Part shown: piece after piece, positions 11,301-20,900 of the stretch | Position numbering within the stretch: the stretch's first letter is position 1 | Layout of the letters: every line of letters starts with the position of its first letter | Virus record (IMG/VR): IMGVR_UViG_3300020469_000010 | DNA from: a virus | Strand: one strand, 5' to 3' | DNA: 64,000 nucleotides | Notes under the pieces: model-generated | The model's input: the letters and a program-made list of their open reading frames with translations, nothing else | Databases searched by the model: none | Told to the model about the DNA's origin: nothing | Translations under genes and position numbers: made by a program

Positions 11301-13499
11301 GAACATTGTATTGTAGTTGGATCTAGATCTACTGCTTTCAATCTATGGGTTTCCAGATTAGGTGAGGTTGATGTTTCAAATCTAGATTTGCCAGAATCTG
11401 AGCAAGTTCCGATTACGAAACAAGCAAATCTTGGTTCACTATTTAAATCTCAGAACAGTTATACTTGGACACCAAGTCAATATGAAGATTTGAAGTATTC
11501 TCTCAATAGAGCAGAATTTACTGATCGAGGATCAATTAGTTTCTTTAACCCAGATTTATCTAGAGGAAATGGACAAATTGCTATCTTGAAAAAAGATGCT
11601 CTCGTATCATCTTCTAGACAAATTGTTGTTGGACTTGGAACTACTGCTAATGGATTTGGTACTGAAATTGTACCAGGAAATACCGTTATACAAGATGATA
11701 CTACTGGAACAGGTAACTTTGTAATGGGTCTCGGTATTGCTACCGGAAATCTAACAGTAGTAAATGCTGGACTAGGTTTAACACCATCATCCGGGTTCTT
11801 CGATTATCCAGATGTAACTCTGACTAGGGTAACTGGTAGAGGTGAAAATGCAGTTGCAGATATTCATGTTAATAACGGTGTGGCAGTTGCTGCAACTATT
11901 ACCTTCGGTGGTAATGGATTTAAAGTCGGTGATATTGTAACTGGAATTGTTGGTGAAGGAGTTGGTAGAAATCTACAACTGTCAATTGCTGAGATTCATG
12001 GAATTAATGAACTTGTTATAGATCAAGTTCAAGGTGATTTCGTTGTTGGTACTGGAAAAACACTGCGTTATATCAATTCTTCTGGTGTAACTTCAGAATT
12101 CAGTGCAAATTCTACTGTAACTCTTGATACAACCCCCAGAATAATTAATGACGGTTTACACATAAAAGTAAATCATCTAAATCATGGTATGCATTCTGGA
12201 ACCAATAGAGTAAACATTGTTGATGTTGCTTCTGATATTCCATCTTCTGGTCTAGGAATTGATATTAATGAGACTCAAACAGTAGATCTTGAAGTAGGTG
12301 ATGCAAGTCGTTATTCCACATTTGAAGGTATTGGGATTGGAACAACTAATCCTGGTTACATTAAGATTGATAGTGAAATTATAGGATACACAACTATAAC
12401 TGGAAATGTCATAGGTGGACTAACAAGAGGTGTTGATAACACCTCTGCAACTGGACATGAAAGTGGATCACTAGTTATGAAGTATGAATCTTGTGGAGTT
12501 TCTTTGAGAAGAATTAATAAAATTCATGATCTTCAAGATGCAACAGTTAATGAGGCACTTGGATTAGATCATTATAATATTCGTCTTGATATGAGTGCTG
12601 AAACTGGTGAGGATAGAACTGCTTCAAGTACTTTCCCAGAGTTGTTCTTGAATGAAACAAAATCATTCGGTGGAGTTGGAATTCAAGCATCACAGAACAT
12701 TAGTTATGAAATCATGAAACCAATTATATCTACTATGACTCTCCAGAAAACTAATATTTCTGCTAGAGCAAGAACGGTAAGTTCAAGTAGTATAAGTGGA
12801 AACGAAGTTGCATTCATTGATCAAGGATATGAACAAATTTCCTTGGATAAGGATAATTACTTCGAAACTCCTAGATTGGTTGCATCTAATGTAAATGCTG
12901 ATAATCTTCTTACAAATGTTCCTGGACAAAAGTCCTTTGAAATTGAACTAACACTAGACAGTTATGATAGTAGACTATCACCAATTGTTGACTTAGATAG
13001 GGTCGGTGCAATCTTTGTTTCTAACAGAGTTAATGAAGTAATTAGTGATTATTCTTCTGATAGAAGAACTGCTTCAATTAAGGATGATCCAAATGCGTTC
13101 ATTTATGCAACGAAACCAATTGAATTAGAAATTCCAGCAAATAACATAAGAGTTCTTGCTGCTGCTTATATTAATAATTTCTCTGACATTCGTGCATTCT
13201 ATGCAATTACCAATAATCCAGATGAAGAGTTAATTTATTATCCCTTCCCAGGATTTAGTAATTTACTAGAAAGTGGTCAGGTTATTGATTCTAATAAGAA
13301 TGATGGAACTTCAGACTCCTTTGTTTCACCTGTTGATAATAAAGGATTTGAATCAGTATCCTTGGCATTCAAAGATTATGAATTCACCATTGAAAACTTA
13401 CCATCATTTAAGTTCTTCAGTGTGAAGATGGTGGCAACATCTAGAACTCAGTGTTACCCACCAAGAATCCGTGATTTCCGAGCAGTCGCATTTGCATAA
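5355..13499 (+). CDS. Very large VrlC-like (DUF4815-type) virion structural protein with a Pro/Lys-rich insertion
   Basis: N-terminal PYFDDF...LFKPG..VQARELT..QSILQNQ; APGADR; RFKSGFFVDNF; DPLAQSF; C-terminal PPRIRDFRAVAFA. Confidence 0.8.
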   Translation: MPQLTNLNTFPYFDDFDKKSNYHKVLFKPGQPVQARELTTMQSILQNQIEQFGNHVFKDGSVVIPGTLSVRSKQYNIELERTFAGIDVFQYTDALTGVEIVGSESGVRGRVEVVDGNRLFVDILTSGNESEFSEFIVGESITTTDTVNITESNISSFPEGAEIGVIGNVFRGCIAKLTSGVFFLRGYFVEVEDSTVVISSEEPNPTCSIGFLINELLTDSFDDESLYDNSQGFINYAAPGADRLQIEVTLVTSYRGEFDDEFPQNYVEIAKVTNGTISSSKIENPSYNILGDELARRTFDESGHYYVKPFTLDVRESLRDFKGNNGIFNDSELTLFGQIPRDDIGIYDVSPGKAYIFGYEVDMSSNSLLDFSKPRETKQFEDQAITYVTGPTLSLNRSFGAPEVGVSTTYTLSLRDERVGATQTNAPGKEIGLARVYDYALESGSYETSNLDANIWDLALFDVVPFTDIVVNESIESVQTPTFIEGKASGAVGFLRYDVSNSGIITAYNVRGNFIKGEELVFDGNDSDRITIASTTYGISNVKSIFGQSGSGTFSADVRQSPEIALGPCKIDGSGVVTQAGRDFTKDFIVNDLVSYRTPGGARPTVNRVSAVTVDDITLAAVENVTGVSLGAVASNTDSIDIFKISTKIANTNTGDDNYLFTRLPKKVVSTVDTSNSELSFRKRFDTTVTPDATGGRITILPSQLGSTETFLPFDEERYIVINTNGQTEALTQDKFTITSGNKELIIRGLSVTGSAVLIATLKTNDVEPITKLRNRLEAITVSKSKLPGSGIGATTLNDGLEYGNYPYGTRVQDKDICLLQPDVMKLHGVFESSTEGEAEIPNLILRDIDSFNGSAEDILIGEEIIGSESGCVAIISDVIDSANVEFIVINDKEFIFDEKINCQETEITATIDAITPGDNNITNQFTLVRGTNNTIYDYSRIVRDSSSAEPIKSLRIFYEYASLDSNESGCYMSVDSYFQFDYKDIGNTNGIRHSDIIDIRPRVDQYIVEENKRSPFEFLGRDFFNDQNDNLKILASDESLTFDYQIYLPRIDKIYLNKDKIFQLSRGVSAENPEEPSLIEDAIEVARIVLPAYLFNTSDAKLSLSTYKRYQMRDIAGLEDRIKNLEYYTSLSLLEQSTANLEIKDSAGTDRFKSGFFVDNFTTTTNQIKLGAKNSIDPRTKELRPAAYTTQLDLLLGSTELTGVGGEKNLNADPRYVTDLIGEDIRRSTVDPNGNAGSDGMGIITLDYEEIELISQDTATRVVNAAPYFVTFYKGTITLNPSSDIWVEQSRVETQTVEGLIGGYSVTNIEAKPSDLDPQAGWSPILWGGWNEEWTGKKVTNNSVRDKASSIDDGVKVTASTTIVSQTTTNTGTATQQGLSTQIETVPGNNINLGDKIIASNVSSFLRSRNIEVLARRLKPLTRMYAFFSGINVTNYCIPKLIEIEMIGGTFRVGETVESTTRTPGIIEDKPYIKFRVAQPRHRNGAYNDPIDGYGTSPYNGADLPEDYSVSSKLLNVDLTSLCLQAQGDFYGYISPGMTLVGKSSGARARISNVRLVSDNTGSLFASFYIPNSNSKTAPRFKSGNNTLKIQDNANLNAISGTLNSATEGTYFSQGTIEQVQGSIISTRNVEVTNAYTTQSQAIFDEQTTITGVDVDLTVSVTPQPIPRPIPQPKPQPKPQPTPKPQPQPRPRPTPKPKPQPKALPPVPNPKPEPRPQPLAPQPKPAIPPKVQPKPRPQPKASKPPKPRPKPKATFKPPKSRQKDDSNPRPLPPKAKPVKPVPNPKPKAVANPPKPKPKPHATPKPQPKPNPNPKPNPPPPVVAPKKPPTNPKPKPKKPKPIPIPKPKPKNPKPKPKKPKPIPIPKPRPVGDRPGDEPTPRPPAFVEPPEDYDDPLAQSFFVGGENYKTGVFVTSASLYFKTTSDAESCFVQLRPMVNGLPSHKAYPMSNVVLQGADVVISEDASVPTIVTFPSPIYLEGNKEHCIVVGSRSTAFNLWVSRLGEVDVSNLDLPESEQVPITKQANLGSLFKSQNSYTWTPSQYEDLKYSLNRAEFTDRGSISFFNPDLSRGNGQIAILKKDALVSSSRQIVVGLGTTANGFGTEIVPGNTVIQDDTTGTGNFVMGLGIATGNLTVVNAGLGLTPSSGFFDYPDVTLTRVTGRGENAVADIHVNNGVAVAATITFGGNGFKVGDIVTGIVGEGVGRNLQLSIAEIHGINELVIDQVQGDFVVGTGKTLRYINSSGVTSEFSANSTVTLDTTPRIINDGLHIKVNHLNHGMHSGTNRVNIVDVASDIPSSGLGIDINETQTVDLEVGDASRYSTFEGIGIGTTNPGYIKIDSEIIGYTTITGNVIGGLTRGVDNTSATGHESGSLVMKYESCGVSLRRINKIHDLQDATVNEALGLDHYNIRLDMSAETGEDRTASSTFPELFLNETKSFGGVGIQASQNISYEIMKPIISTMTLQKTNISARARTVSSSSISGNEVAFIDQGYEQISLDKDNYFETPRLVASNVNADNLLTNVPGQKSFEIELTLDSYDSRLSPIVDLDRVGAIFVSNRVNEVISDYSSDRRTASIKDDPNAFIYATKPIELEIPANNIRVLAAAYINNFSDIRAFYAITNNPDEELIYYPFPGFSNLLESGQVIDSNKNDGTSDSFVSPVDNKGFESVSLAFKDYEFTIENLPSFKFFSVKMVATSRTQCYPPRIRDFRAVAFA
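10845..10956 (+). repeat. Near-perfect 60-bp tandem repeat (NPKPKPKKPKPIPIPKP twice) in the Pro-rich tract
   Basis: aatcccaagccaaagcccaa(g/a)aaaccaaaaccaatccccattccaaagccca occurs at 10845 and 10905. Confidence 0.9.
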
Positions 13500-13500
13500 A

Positions 13501-13722
13501 ATGAGAAAAATAAAAGTTGAAAATAATCAGAATCTCTATCGAGATTCTGATACCAATGCTATCATTAATACTAATAAAACTGAATATAAAAATTATATGA
13601 ATTCGTTGAAGCATAGGAGAAAAGAAATCTCAAAAATACAACAACTTGAAGATGATGTTAGTTTAGTCAAACATGATCTTCAAGAAATCAAGGATTTATT
13701 AAGATGTCTAATCAAAGAATAA
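13501..13722 (+). CDS. Small conserved hypothetical protein with a coiled-coil C-terminus
   Basis: ATG directly after the VrlC-like stop; LYRD...AIIN motif; heptad-like C-terminus. Confidence 0.65.
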   Translation: MRKIKVENNQNLYRDSDTNAIINTNKTEYKNYMNSLKHRRKEISKIQQLEDDVSLVKHDLQEIKDLLRCLIKE

Positions 13723-14090
13723 CATTCAATCCTCAAGTAAATGTTCCTTATGGAGTGAATCTGACTATTTTTCCTGGATCAGATTTTCAAGCAAATTTTA
13801 GTGCTTATGATATTAATAGTGGAAGATTTAATTTTAACTCTTGGTCTGGATCATCTCAATTAGCAAAAAGTGTATCCATTGGTTCGTCGATGTATGCACA
13901 AGGAACATTTAATTTTAGTTTTACAAGTGCATCAAATGGTGAATTTAAAATTGCCATGGGATCAACAGAAACTAGAAACCTCAAAGAAGGTAGATATTAC
14001 TATGATGTTTTAGTAAGTTCTGGAACTACTGTATATAAAATTGTAGATGGTAATATTTTAATTAGACCAGGTATTTCTTCTGCTCCATAA
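13704..14090 (+). CDS. Hypothetical virion protein (single beta-sandwich domain)
   Basis: ET..L..GRYYYDV...VYKIVDG.I.IRP motif; lies in the structural operon. Confidence 0.6.
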   Translation: MSNQRITFNPQVNVPYGVNLTIFPGSDFQANFSAYDINSGRFNFNSWSGSSQLAKSVSIGSSMYAQGTFNFSFTSASNGEFKIAMGSTETRNLKEGRYYYDVLVSSGTTVYKIVDGNILIRPGISSAP

Positions 14091-14112
14091 ATAATTTTAA
14101 AGTCAAAATAAA

Positions 14113-14955
14113 ATGGCACAACCAGCATCTAGACAAGATTTAATTGATTATACTAAAAGGCAGTTAGGTGCTCCTGTGTTGGAAATCAATGTTGCGGATG
14201 AGCAACTAGATGATTTAGTTGATGATGCTTTGCAATATTTTCATGAAAGACATTTTGATGGTGTCATAAGAACGTATTTAAAATATAAGATAACACAGGA
14301 TGATATTGATAGGGGAAGATCTAGAGGTAGTTCAACAGTTTCTGGAATTACTACAGAGACTGTTACTCAAACTGTAGGATCAACTACATCATTTGCTTTT
14401 GAAGAAAATTCAAATTATTTACCAGTTCCACCTTCTGTTACTGGTGTAAACAAAATTTTTAGAATTCAATCGTCATCCGCAACTAGTGGATCGATGTTTA
14501 GTGTTAAATATCAATTATTTTTAAATGATCTCTACTACTGGGATTCAATTGATCTTTTGCAATATACAATGGTTCAGACAAAATTATCTGACATTGATTA
14601 CTTATTAAATCCATTAAAGCATTTTAGATTTAATCAAAGACAAGATCGTCTTTATATTGATATGGACTGGAGTACTCTGAGTCCTGATGATTATCTGGTT
14701 ATTGATGCTTGGAGATTATTAGATCCAAATTCATATTCTCAAGTTTGGAATGATTCTTTCTTAAAACTTTATCTAACTGCTCTTGTTAAAAGACAATGGG
14801 GTCAAAATCTTATGAAATTCCAGGGTGTAAAACTACCTGGTGGTGTAGAACTTAATGGTCGTCAAATGTATGACGATGCAGAAAGAGAACTTGAAAGAAT
14901 CAGAGAGAAGATGTCATCTACTTATGAACTTCCACCTCTAGACATGATTGGTTGA
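14113..14955 (+). CDS. gp13: Neck protein gp13
   Basis: RQLGAPVLEINV, KRQWGQNLMKFQGVKLPGGVELNG. Confidence 0.93.
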   Translation: MAQPASRQDLIDYTKRQLGAPVLEINVADEQLDDLVDDALQYFHERHFDGVIRTYLKYKITQDDIDRGRSRGSSTVSGITTETVTQTVGSTTSFAFEENSNYLPVPPSVTGVNKIFRIQSSSATSGSMFSVKYQLFLNDLYYWDSIDLLQYTMVQTKLSDIDYLLNPLKHFRFNQRQDRLYIDMDWSTLSPDDYLVIDAWRLLDPNSYSQVWNDSFLKLYLTALVKRQWGQNLMKFQGVKLPGGVELNGRQMYDDAERELERIREKMSSTYELPPLDMIG

Positions 14956-14959
14956 TAAC

Positions 14960-16408
14960 ATGTTAAATCCGTATTTTCAGCAAGGTTCACGCAGTGAACA
15001 AAATTTAGTTCAAGATTTGATTAATGAACAATTGAAAATGTATGGTGTTGAAGTATATTATATTCCTAGACAATATCTTACTAAAACAACCGTAATAGAA
15101 GAAGTAATTCAATCAGAATTCAATAATGCATATCCTATAGAAGCATATGTCAACAATTATGATGGATATGACGGGCAAGGAACAATATTATCCAAATTTG
15201 GTATTCAAGATCTAGATGATTTGACATTAATTATATCAAGAGATAGATACGAAAACTATATTACACCTTTAATTAAAGATCTTCCAAATATTGAATTAGC
15301 AACTAGACCAAAAGAAGGTGATCTAATCTATTTCCCATTTGGTGATAGATTATTTGAGATTAAATTTGTTGAGCATGAGCAACCCTTTTATCAACTCCAG
15401 AAAAATTATGTTTATGAATTGAGGTGTGAACTCTTCAGATATTCCTCAGAAGTTGTTAATACTGGTGTAGAAGAGATTGATGATAATCTCAAAGATCAAG
15501 GGTATATTCAAACATATAGAGTATCTGGTATTGGACAAACTGCTGCTGCATTTACCGGTATTGTAAATGGAGCCCTATCACTATTTACATTCTCAGATAA
15601 AGGATATGGATTTAATGCTCCTGTAACCTTAGGGTTATCTACAGCTCCTAGTGATGGTGTGAATGCAGTTGGTGTTGTCACTGGAAGAACTACATTTGGT
15701 TCTGGTGGAGATCAATTCCTTACTATACAAGGTGTTGAATTAGTCAATCCTGGAGCAGGTTATACAGTTGCCCCATTAGTTACATTTACAGGAAAAACAA
15801 CTGGTGTTGGTGCTGCGGCAACTGTTGGAATTATTGATGAAGGTGCTGTTGGTATTGTAACTATAACTGATGTTGGATCAAATTATGTCGAAGAACCAAC
15901 TATAACATTCTCTTCACCACCTGGAGCAGGAACCACTGCAACTGGTAGAGCAATTATATCTTCCAGCAATACTATTTCTATAGTAAGAATTACTAATCCT
16001 GGTTCTGGATATACTGTTGCACCATCAATTACTTTTGCTCAACCCAATGAAATTGGAAGTGGAAATTTTGAATTTAATGAGACTGTAACAGGATCTTCAG
16101 GAAATACTGGTATTGTTAAATCTTGGAATGTTGGCACAAAAGATCTAAGACTTTCAAACTTAACTGGAGATTTTATTAATGGAGAAGTTATTACTGGAAA
16201 AAATTCTGGAGCACAACACAGAATTGTAATACTAAATACTATCACAGATAATCCATTAATTTCTGACAATACTTATAATATTGCCGAAGAATCTTCTACG
16301 ACTGAAGAAACAAATCCATCAAGTGCTTATGATGAAAATGTTCGAATTCAATCTGAAGGAGATGATATTTTAGATTTCACAGAGAAAAATCCATTTGGAA
16401 GAGTTTAA
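14960..16408 (+). CDS. gp14: Neck protein gp14 with an inserted beta-repeat region
   Basis: NPYF..G..SEQ.LVQDL, RPKEGDLIYFP, C-terminal DFTEKNPFG. Confidence 0.92.
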   Translation: MLNPYFQQGSRSEQNLVQDLINEQLKMYGVEVYYIPRQYLTKTTVIEEVIQSEFNNAYPIEAYVNNYDGYDGQGTILSKFGIQDLDDLTLIISRDRYENYITPLIKDLPNIELATRPKEGDLIYFPFGDRLFEIKFVEHEQPFYQLQKNYVYELRCELFRYSSEVVNTGVEEIDDNLKDQGYIQTYRVSGIGQTAAAFTGIVNGALSLFTFSDKGYGFNAPVTLGLSTAPSDGVNAVGVVTGRTTFGSGGDQFLTIQGVELVNPGAGYTVAPLVTFTGKTTGVGAAATVGIIDEGAVGIVTITDVGSNYVEEPTITFSSPPGAGTTATGRAIISSSNTISIVRITNPGSGYTVAPSITFAQPNEIGSGNFEFNETVTGSSGNTGIVKSWNVGTKDLRLSNLTGDFINGEVITGKNSGAQHRIVILNTITDNPLISDNTYNIAEESSTTEETNPSSAYDENVRIQSEGDDILDFTEKNPFGRV

Positions 16409-16425
16409 TTTAAGAGAATACCATT

Positions 16426-17439
16426 ATGTTTGATTATTTTTACCACGAAATATTAAGAAAAACTATCATTGGGTTTGGTACGCTCTTTAACGATATTATT
16501 ATAAAAACTACAAATAGTGCTGGTGAAGTAACGTCAACAGAAAAAGTTCCACTTGCATATGCACCTCAACAAAAATTTCTTGCAAGATTAGAACAATCTG
16601 AAGATTTAAATAAGGCAACTCAAATAACATTACCAAGAATGTCATTTGAGTTTACTGGGTTGCAATATGATTCATCTAGAAAAGTAACTACAACTCAAAA
16701 ATTTGTTAGTCCTTCACCAACTGGTGATGGTACGATTAAAAAATCGTTCATGCCAGTTCCATATAATATGGAATTTGAATTGAATATTTACGCAAAATTG
16801 AACGATGATGCTCTTCAAATTGTAGAGCAAATTTTACCATACTTTCAACCTTCATATAATCTAACTATAACTTTAGTATCAGATATCAATGAAAAAAGAG
16901 ATATTCCAATTATTTTAGAGGGAATATCAATAGATGATCAATATGAAGGTAATTTTGATAATAGAAGAGCATTAATTTATACAATAAGATTTAGTGCTAA
17001 GACATATCTATTCGGTCCTGTTGCAAGAGATGTATCTGCAAATATTATCAAGAAAGCAGATGTTGGATACTATGCAAGTTCAACTAGTGGAGATAAAAAT
17101 AATAGAGATGTCACATATTCTACTGTTCCTAAAGCACTAGAAGAACTTGATAATGGTGTATTGACAACAACCACATCTGACATTAGTAAAACTGACGAGA
17201 CTGTTCAACTTAGATCAATAGCAAATATAACAGAGGAAACATATATTTCTATTAATAGTGAAGTCTTATTCGTTAAACAAAAATCTGATTCAGAAAATAA
17301 AATTCTTGTCAGAAGAGCACAAAATGGAACTACAGCAAGATCTCATGTTTCTGGTACAAATGTGACCGAAATTACATCTGGAGATAATGCATTGGTTGAA
17401 CTTGGTGATGATTTTGGATTTGATGGAGGATTTATTTGA
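16426..17439 (+). CDS. gp15: Tail sheath stabilizer/terminator gp15
   Basis: YFYHEILRKTIIGFGTLFND, VPLAYAP, LPRMSFE, QIVEQILPYFQP. Confidence 0.93.
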   Translation: MFDYFYHEILRKTIIGFGTLFNDIIIKTTNSAGEVTSTEKVPLAYAPQQKFLARLEQSEDLNKATQITLPRMSFEFTGLQYDSSRKVTTTQKFVSPSPTGDGTIKKSFMPVPYNMEFELNIYAKLNDDALQIVEQILPYFQPSYNLTITLVSDINEKRDIPIILEGISIDDQYEGNFDNRRALIYTIRFSAKTYLFGPVARDVSANIIKKADVGYYASSTSGDKNNRDVTYSTVPKALEELDNGVLTTTTSDISKTDETVQLRSIANITEETYISINSEVLFVKQKSDSENKILVRRAQNGTTARSHVSGTNVTEITSGDNALVELGDDFGFDGGFI

Positions 17440-17900
17440 TGTCTAAACTAGATGAAACTTTTAATGTATCCTCACCAGAACCTGATGAGGATAAATCTGA
17501 TGTTGTGGATATAAATGCGGAAATTGTAGAATCTACAAACGAAAATATTAGTTTAGAAAAAACAGAGGATACTGAAAAAGATTATGAATATACTAGAGGA
17601 AATCTCTATTCTTTAATTGAAAAAGGACAAGAAGCAATAAATGGTATTCTTGAACTTGCACAAGAAACCGAGCAACCAAGAGCATATGAAGTTGCTGGAT
17701 TGTTAATAAAAAATGTTTCTGATGCAACTGATAAATTATTGGATTTGCAGAAAAAAATGAATGATTTGGATCAATCTACCAAAAAACAAAATCCAACAAC
17801 AGTTAATAATGCGTTATTTGTTGGATCGACAGCAGAACTGTCAAAACTTTTGAATAGTAAGTCATTTAAAAATATACAAAACGAAACCTTGAATAAATAG
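17439..17900 (+). CDS. gp16: Terminase small subunit gp16
   Basis: DYEYTRGNLY, PRAYEVAG, NNALFVGSTAEL. Confidence 0.9.
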   Translation: MSKLDETFNVSSPEPDEDKSDVVDINAEIVESTNENISLEKTEDTEKDYEYTRGNLYSLIEKGQEAINGILELAQETEQPRAYEVAGLLIKNVSDATDKLLDLQKKMNDLDQSTKKQNPTTVNNALFVGSTAELSKLLNSKSFKNIQNETLNK

Positions 17901-17938
17901 ACTGAGAAGGTTTTTGAATAAGCTAAAAAGGAGTTGAA

Positions 17939-20900
17939 ATGGGTATTTCTACCATTCGTCTTAAAAGATCTTTTTCTCAAGGATCTCAACCAACAATTGA
18001 GCAACTGACTGATGGTGAATTAGCCATTAATCATTTTGATGGTACTGTCTTTGTAAAGCAAGACACTCAAGGTGTTGGTATTAATACTAGAGTCGTACAA
18101 GTTGGTGCAGGTAAAAGTATTGGACGTACTTTCTTTGTTATTCAACAAGGAGATGATAATAATTTAGGATTAACGCAAGCAGATGGATTGGCATCCATTA
18201 AGAGAGCATCTCAACTTGCACAACCAGGTGATACTATTAAAGTTTCTGCTGGAATATATGTTGAAGATAATCCAATTATTCTTAGAGATAATGTATCTGT
18301 AGAAGGATTTGAATTAAGAAACTGCTATGTTGCACCAAATAATCCAGATCAAGATTTATTTCATATCAATAATGCATGTCACTTAACTGACTTGGCATTT
18401 ATTGGTAAAGGTGCAGATATTGGTGGTGGTTCTAAAGGTGTTCCTGCTGGTGGATCTGAACCAGGATTCCTCGGAGGACCAGTAGACTCTGGAGTTGCTG
18501 TTGTAGCATTTGTTCCACTTAAAGGTGTTTCGGGAGACAGATATTTTGATGCCGCAAGACTGATTCGACAGAATGCGGATTATATTGCTGGTGAAGCAGT
18601 TGGATTTTTAACTAGTGGTTTTAGTGGTATTGCTGGTTCTCATAGAGCACAAGATGCTGCAAGACTTATTGATCTAAATGCAGAATTTATTGCAGCAGAG
18701 GCAGTAGGATTTATCACTAGTGTAAATTATGTTGGTGGTGCATTCTCAATGTCATTCGGTACAGCAACAGACTGTAAGGATGACGTTCATGATGTTTTAG
18801 AGGTAGTAGCACATGATTTAAGAGCAGGATATAGGGCAGGAGTTCAGGCAAATAAGAAAACTGTAGGTGCTGCACAGTCATATTTTGTTGGTGGAGCACT
18901 ATCTCACATTCTAGGTGCTGGAGTTTCTGAAGCAACGATTGCTGCAATGGATCGTGCTGCTGGTATTGCAACCTTTGTTATCAATAACAAACCATATGGA
19001 TTTGAAACTACTGGTGCTGGTGTTGCTGTAAGTGCATTTGATTATACTGCAAATACTGGTGTTGCTACAGTTACAACCACAGTCGGTCATGGATTGAGCA
19101 CTACAGACCATGTTGAATTTGCTGGATTAGCATTTACATGTGCAACAGAACATGCTGGTGTTACTACAACAATTTTCCCAGATGGTTTTGCTCCTTCTGG
19201 TCATATTTTCAAAATTGATGCTAGTGGAACATTTAATGAGAGTCAGTTTGTTATTAATGCTGGTATCTCTACTATTCAAACATTCTATACAGCAAGTTCT
19301 GGAACAGCAAAAACTGTCACACAATACAGTCCATTTGAGCAACAATTTGATACTGGAGCAGCTGCAGGAACACCTCTTCGTGGTGAAAATGTAGTTGGTG
19401 GTGTAAAGGAAACAGTTACAAATGCAACTTATGACCCTGCTACTGGTTTAACAGTATTAACTATAGGTTCACATAAACATACCGTTGGTAATAGTATCAG
19501 AATTCCTCTAGAAGCATTAGTCTTTACTTGTTCTCAAGATGGTGGTGTTTCTGAGCATAAGTATCCTCGTGCTACAGACCCTGCTAATGGAAATGATCTT
19601 CAAATACTTTCAACAACTGGTACAACTATAACAGTTAATACTGGTGCTTCTGGTCCATCCGATCAATATGCACACACATTTGTTCGTGCAGAGAAAAGGA
19701 TTATTGTTGGTGGTGGACTTTGCCTCAATGTTATCAAAGATATTAAGAATCTAGTCGGCATTATAACCAGTGCTATTGGTGCAGGCAATACAGGTAGTCT
19801 TCCTGGAATTACAACTGGTGTAAGACTAGAGCAGAATAAGTGTCGTAGGGATGTTACTAAAATTCTTAAGGCTGTTTGTTATGATATCACCCGTGGTGGT
19901 AACACCAAAGTCATTGGTGCTGCAAAGTCATATTTCGATGATCAAGGAAATAGACTTTCCGCACTTTTGGTAGATCCTGACGAATTTGAACAATCTGTTA
20001 TTGCAGTAGAATATACTAAAGATTTGTGCAGAAGAATTGTTAATAATGTAAGGGATGGTTCTTATACAATTGGAACAGCCTTCCATGTTTCTGATGCATT
20101 GTATTCTCCAACATCAGGTATCATGACTGTTACCACTCAAGTCGGTAATGGATTAACTGCTGGAAATACTATTAAACTTTCTGGATTAGGATTTAGTTGT
20201 GGTGCTCATAATAATGAAATTTCTATAACCGATTTCCAGTATGACAGACAATCTGGTTTTAGTACTATCTTTGTAAGTTCAGATCACGGATTAAGTTCTG
20301 GTGATGAATTTGAACTTCGTAATATTAAAATGAATTGTGGTGATTCTGGTACTGGTCCAGTTGTTAATGTAACAGCAGCAGCATATGATGAAGCACTAGG
20401 TGATATTGTTATAACAACTTCTGCAGCACATGGAGCACACATAGGAAAAACAATACAAGTTAAGAATCTTGAATTTAGTTGTGCTGCAGAACATGCTGGT
20501 GTTACTACAACAATTTTCCCAGATGGAACTGGAACAAGTAACTTTATTCAGGGTTATGGTAAAGATGTATTTTTAGTTACTGCAACACCATCAACAACTC
20601 AATTTAAAATTAATGTAGGTATATCCACAATTGCTCATAGTTATGTTTCTGGTGGTACTGCACAAGCAGGTATAACTACATCAATTTATCCAGATGGTGT
20701 ACAAGGTGGTGGTGATGCAATCTTTGATGCATATGTTGGTACTGGTGGAACAGTTATCTTTACAAATGTAGGTATCTCTACAATTGAACATACCTATGAT
20801 TCTGGAGGTCAAGTAAGGATAGGTGTTACTACATCTGTTTTCCCAGATGGAACTTTTGGTGATTTCTTTGACATTCAGAGTCGTCTTTCTGACAGTCAAT

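Noticed and set aside
19146-20526. Diversity-generating retroelement TR/VR pair
   Set aside because: The copies are identical with no adenine-specific mismatches, both are coding, and there is no reverse transcriptase in the window.
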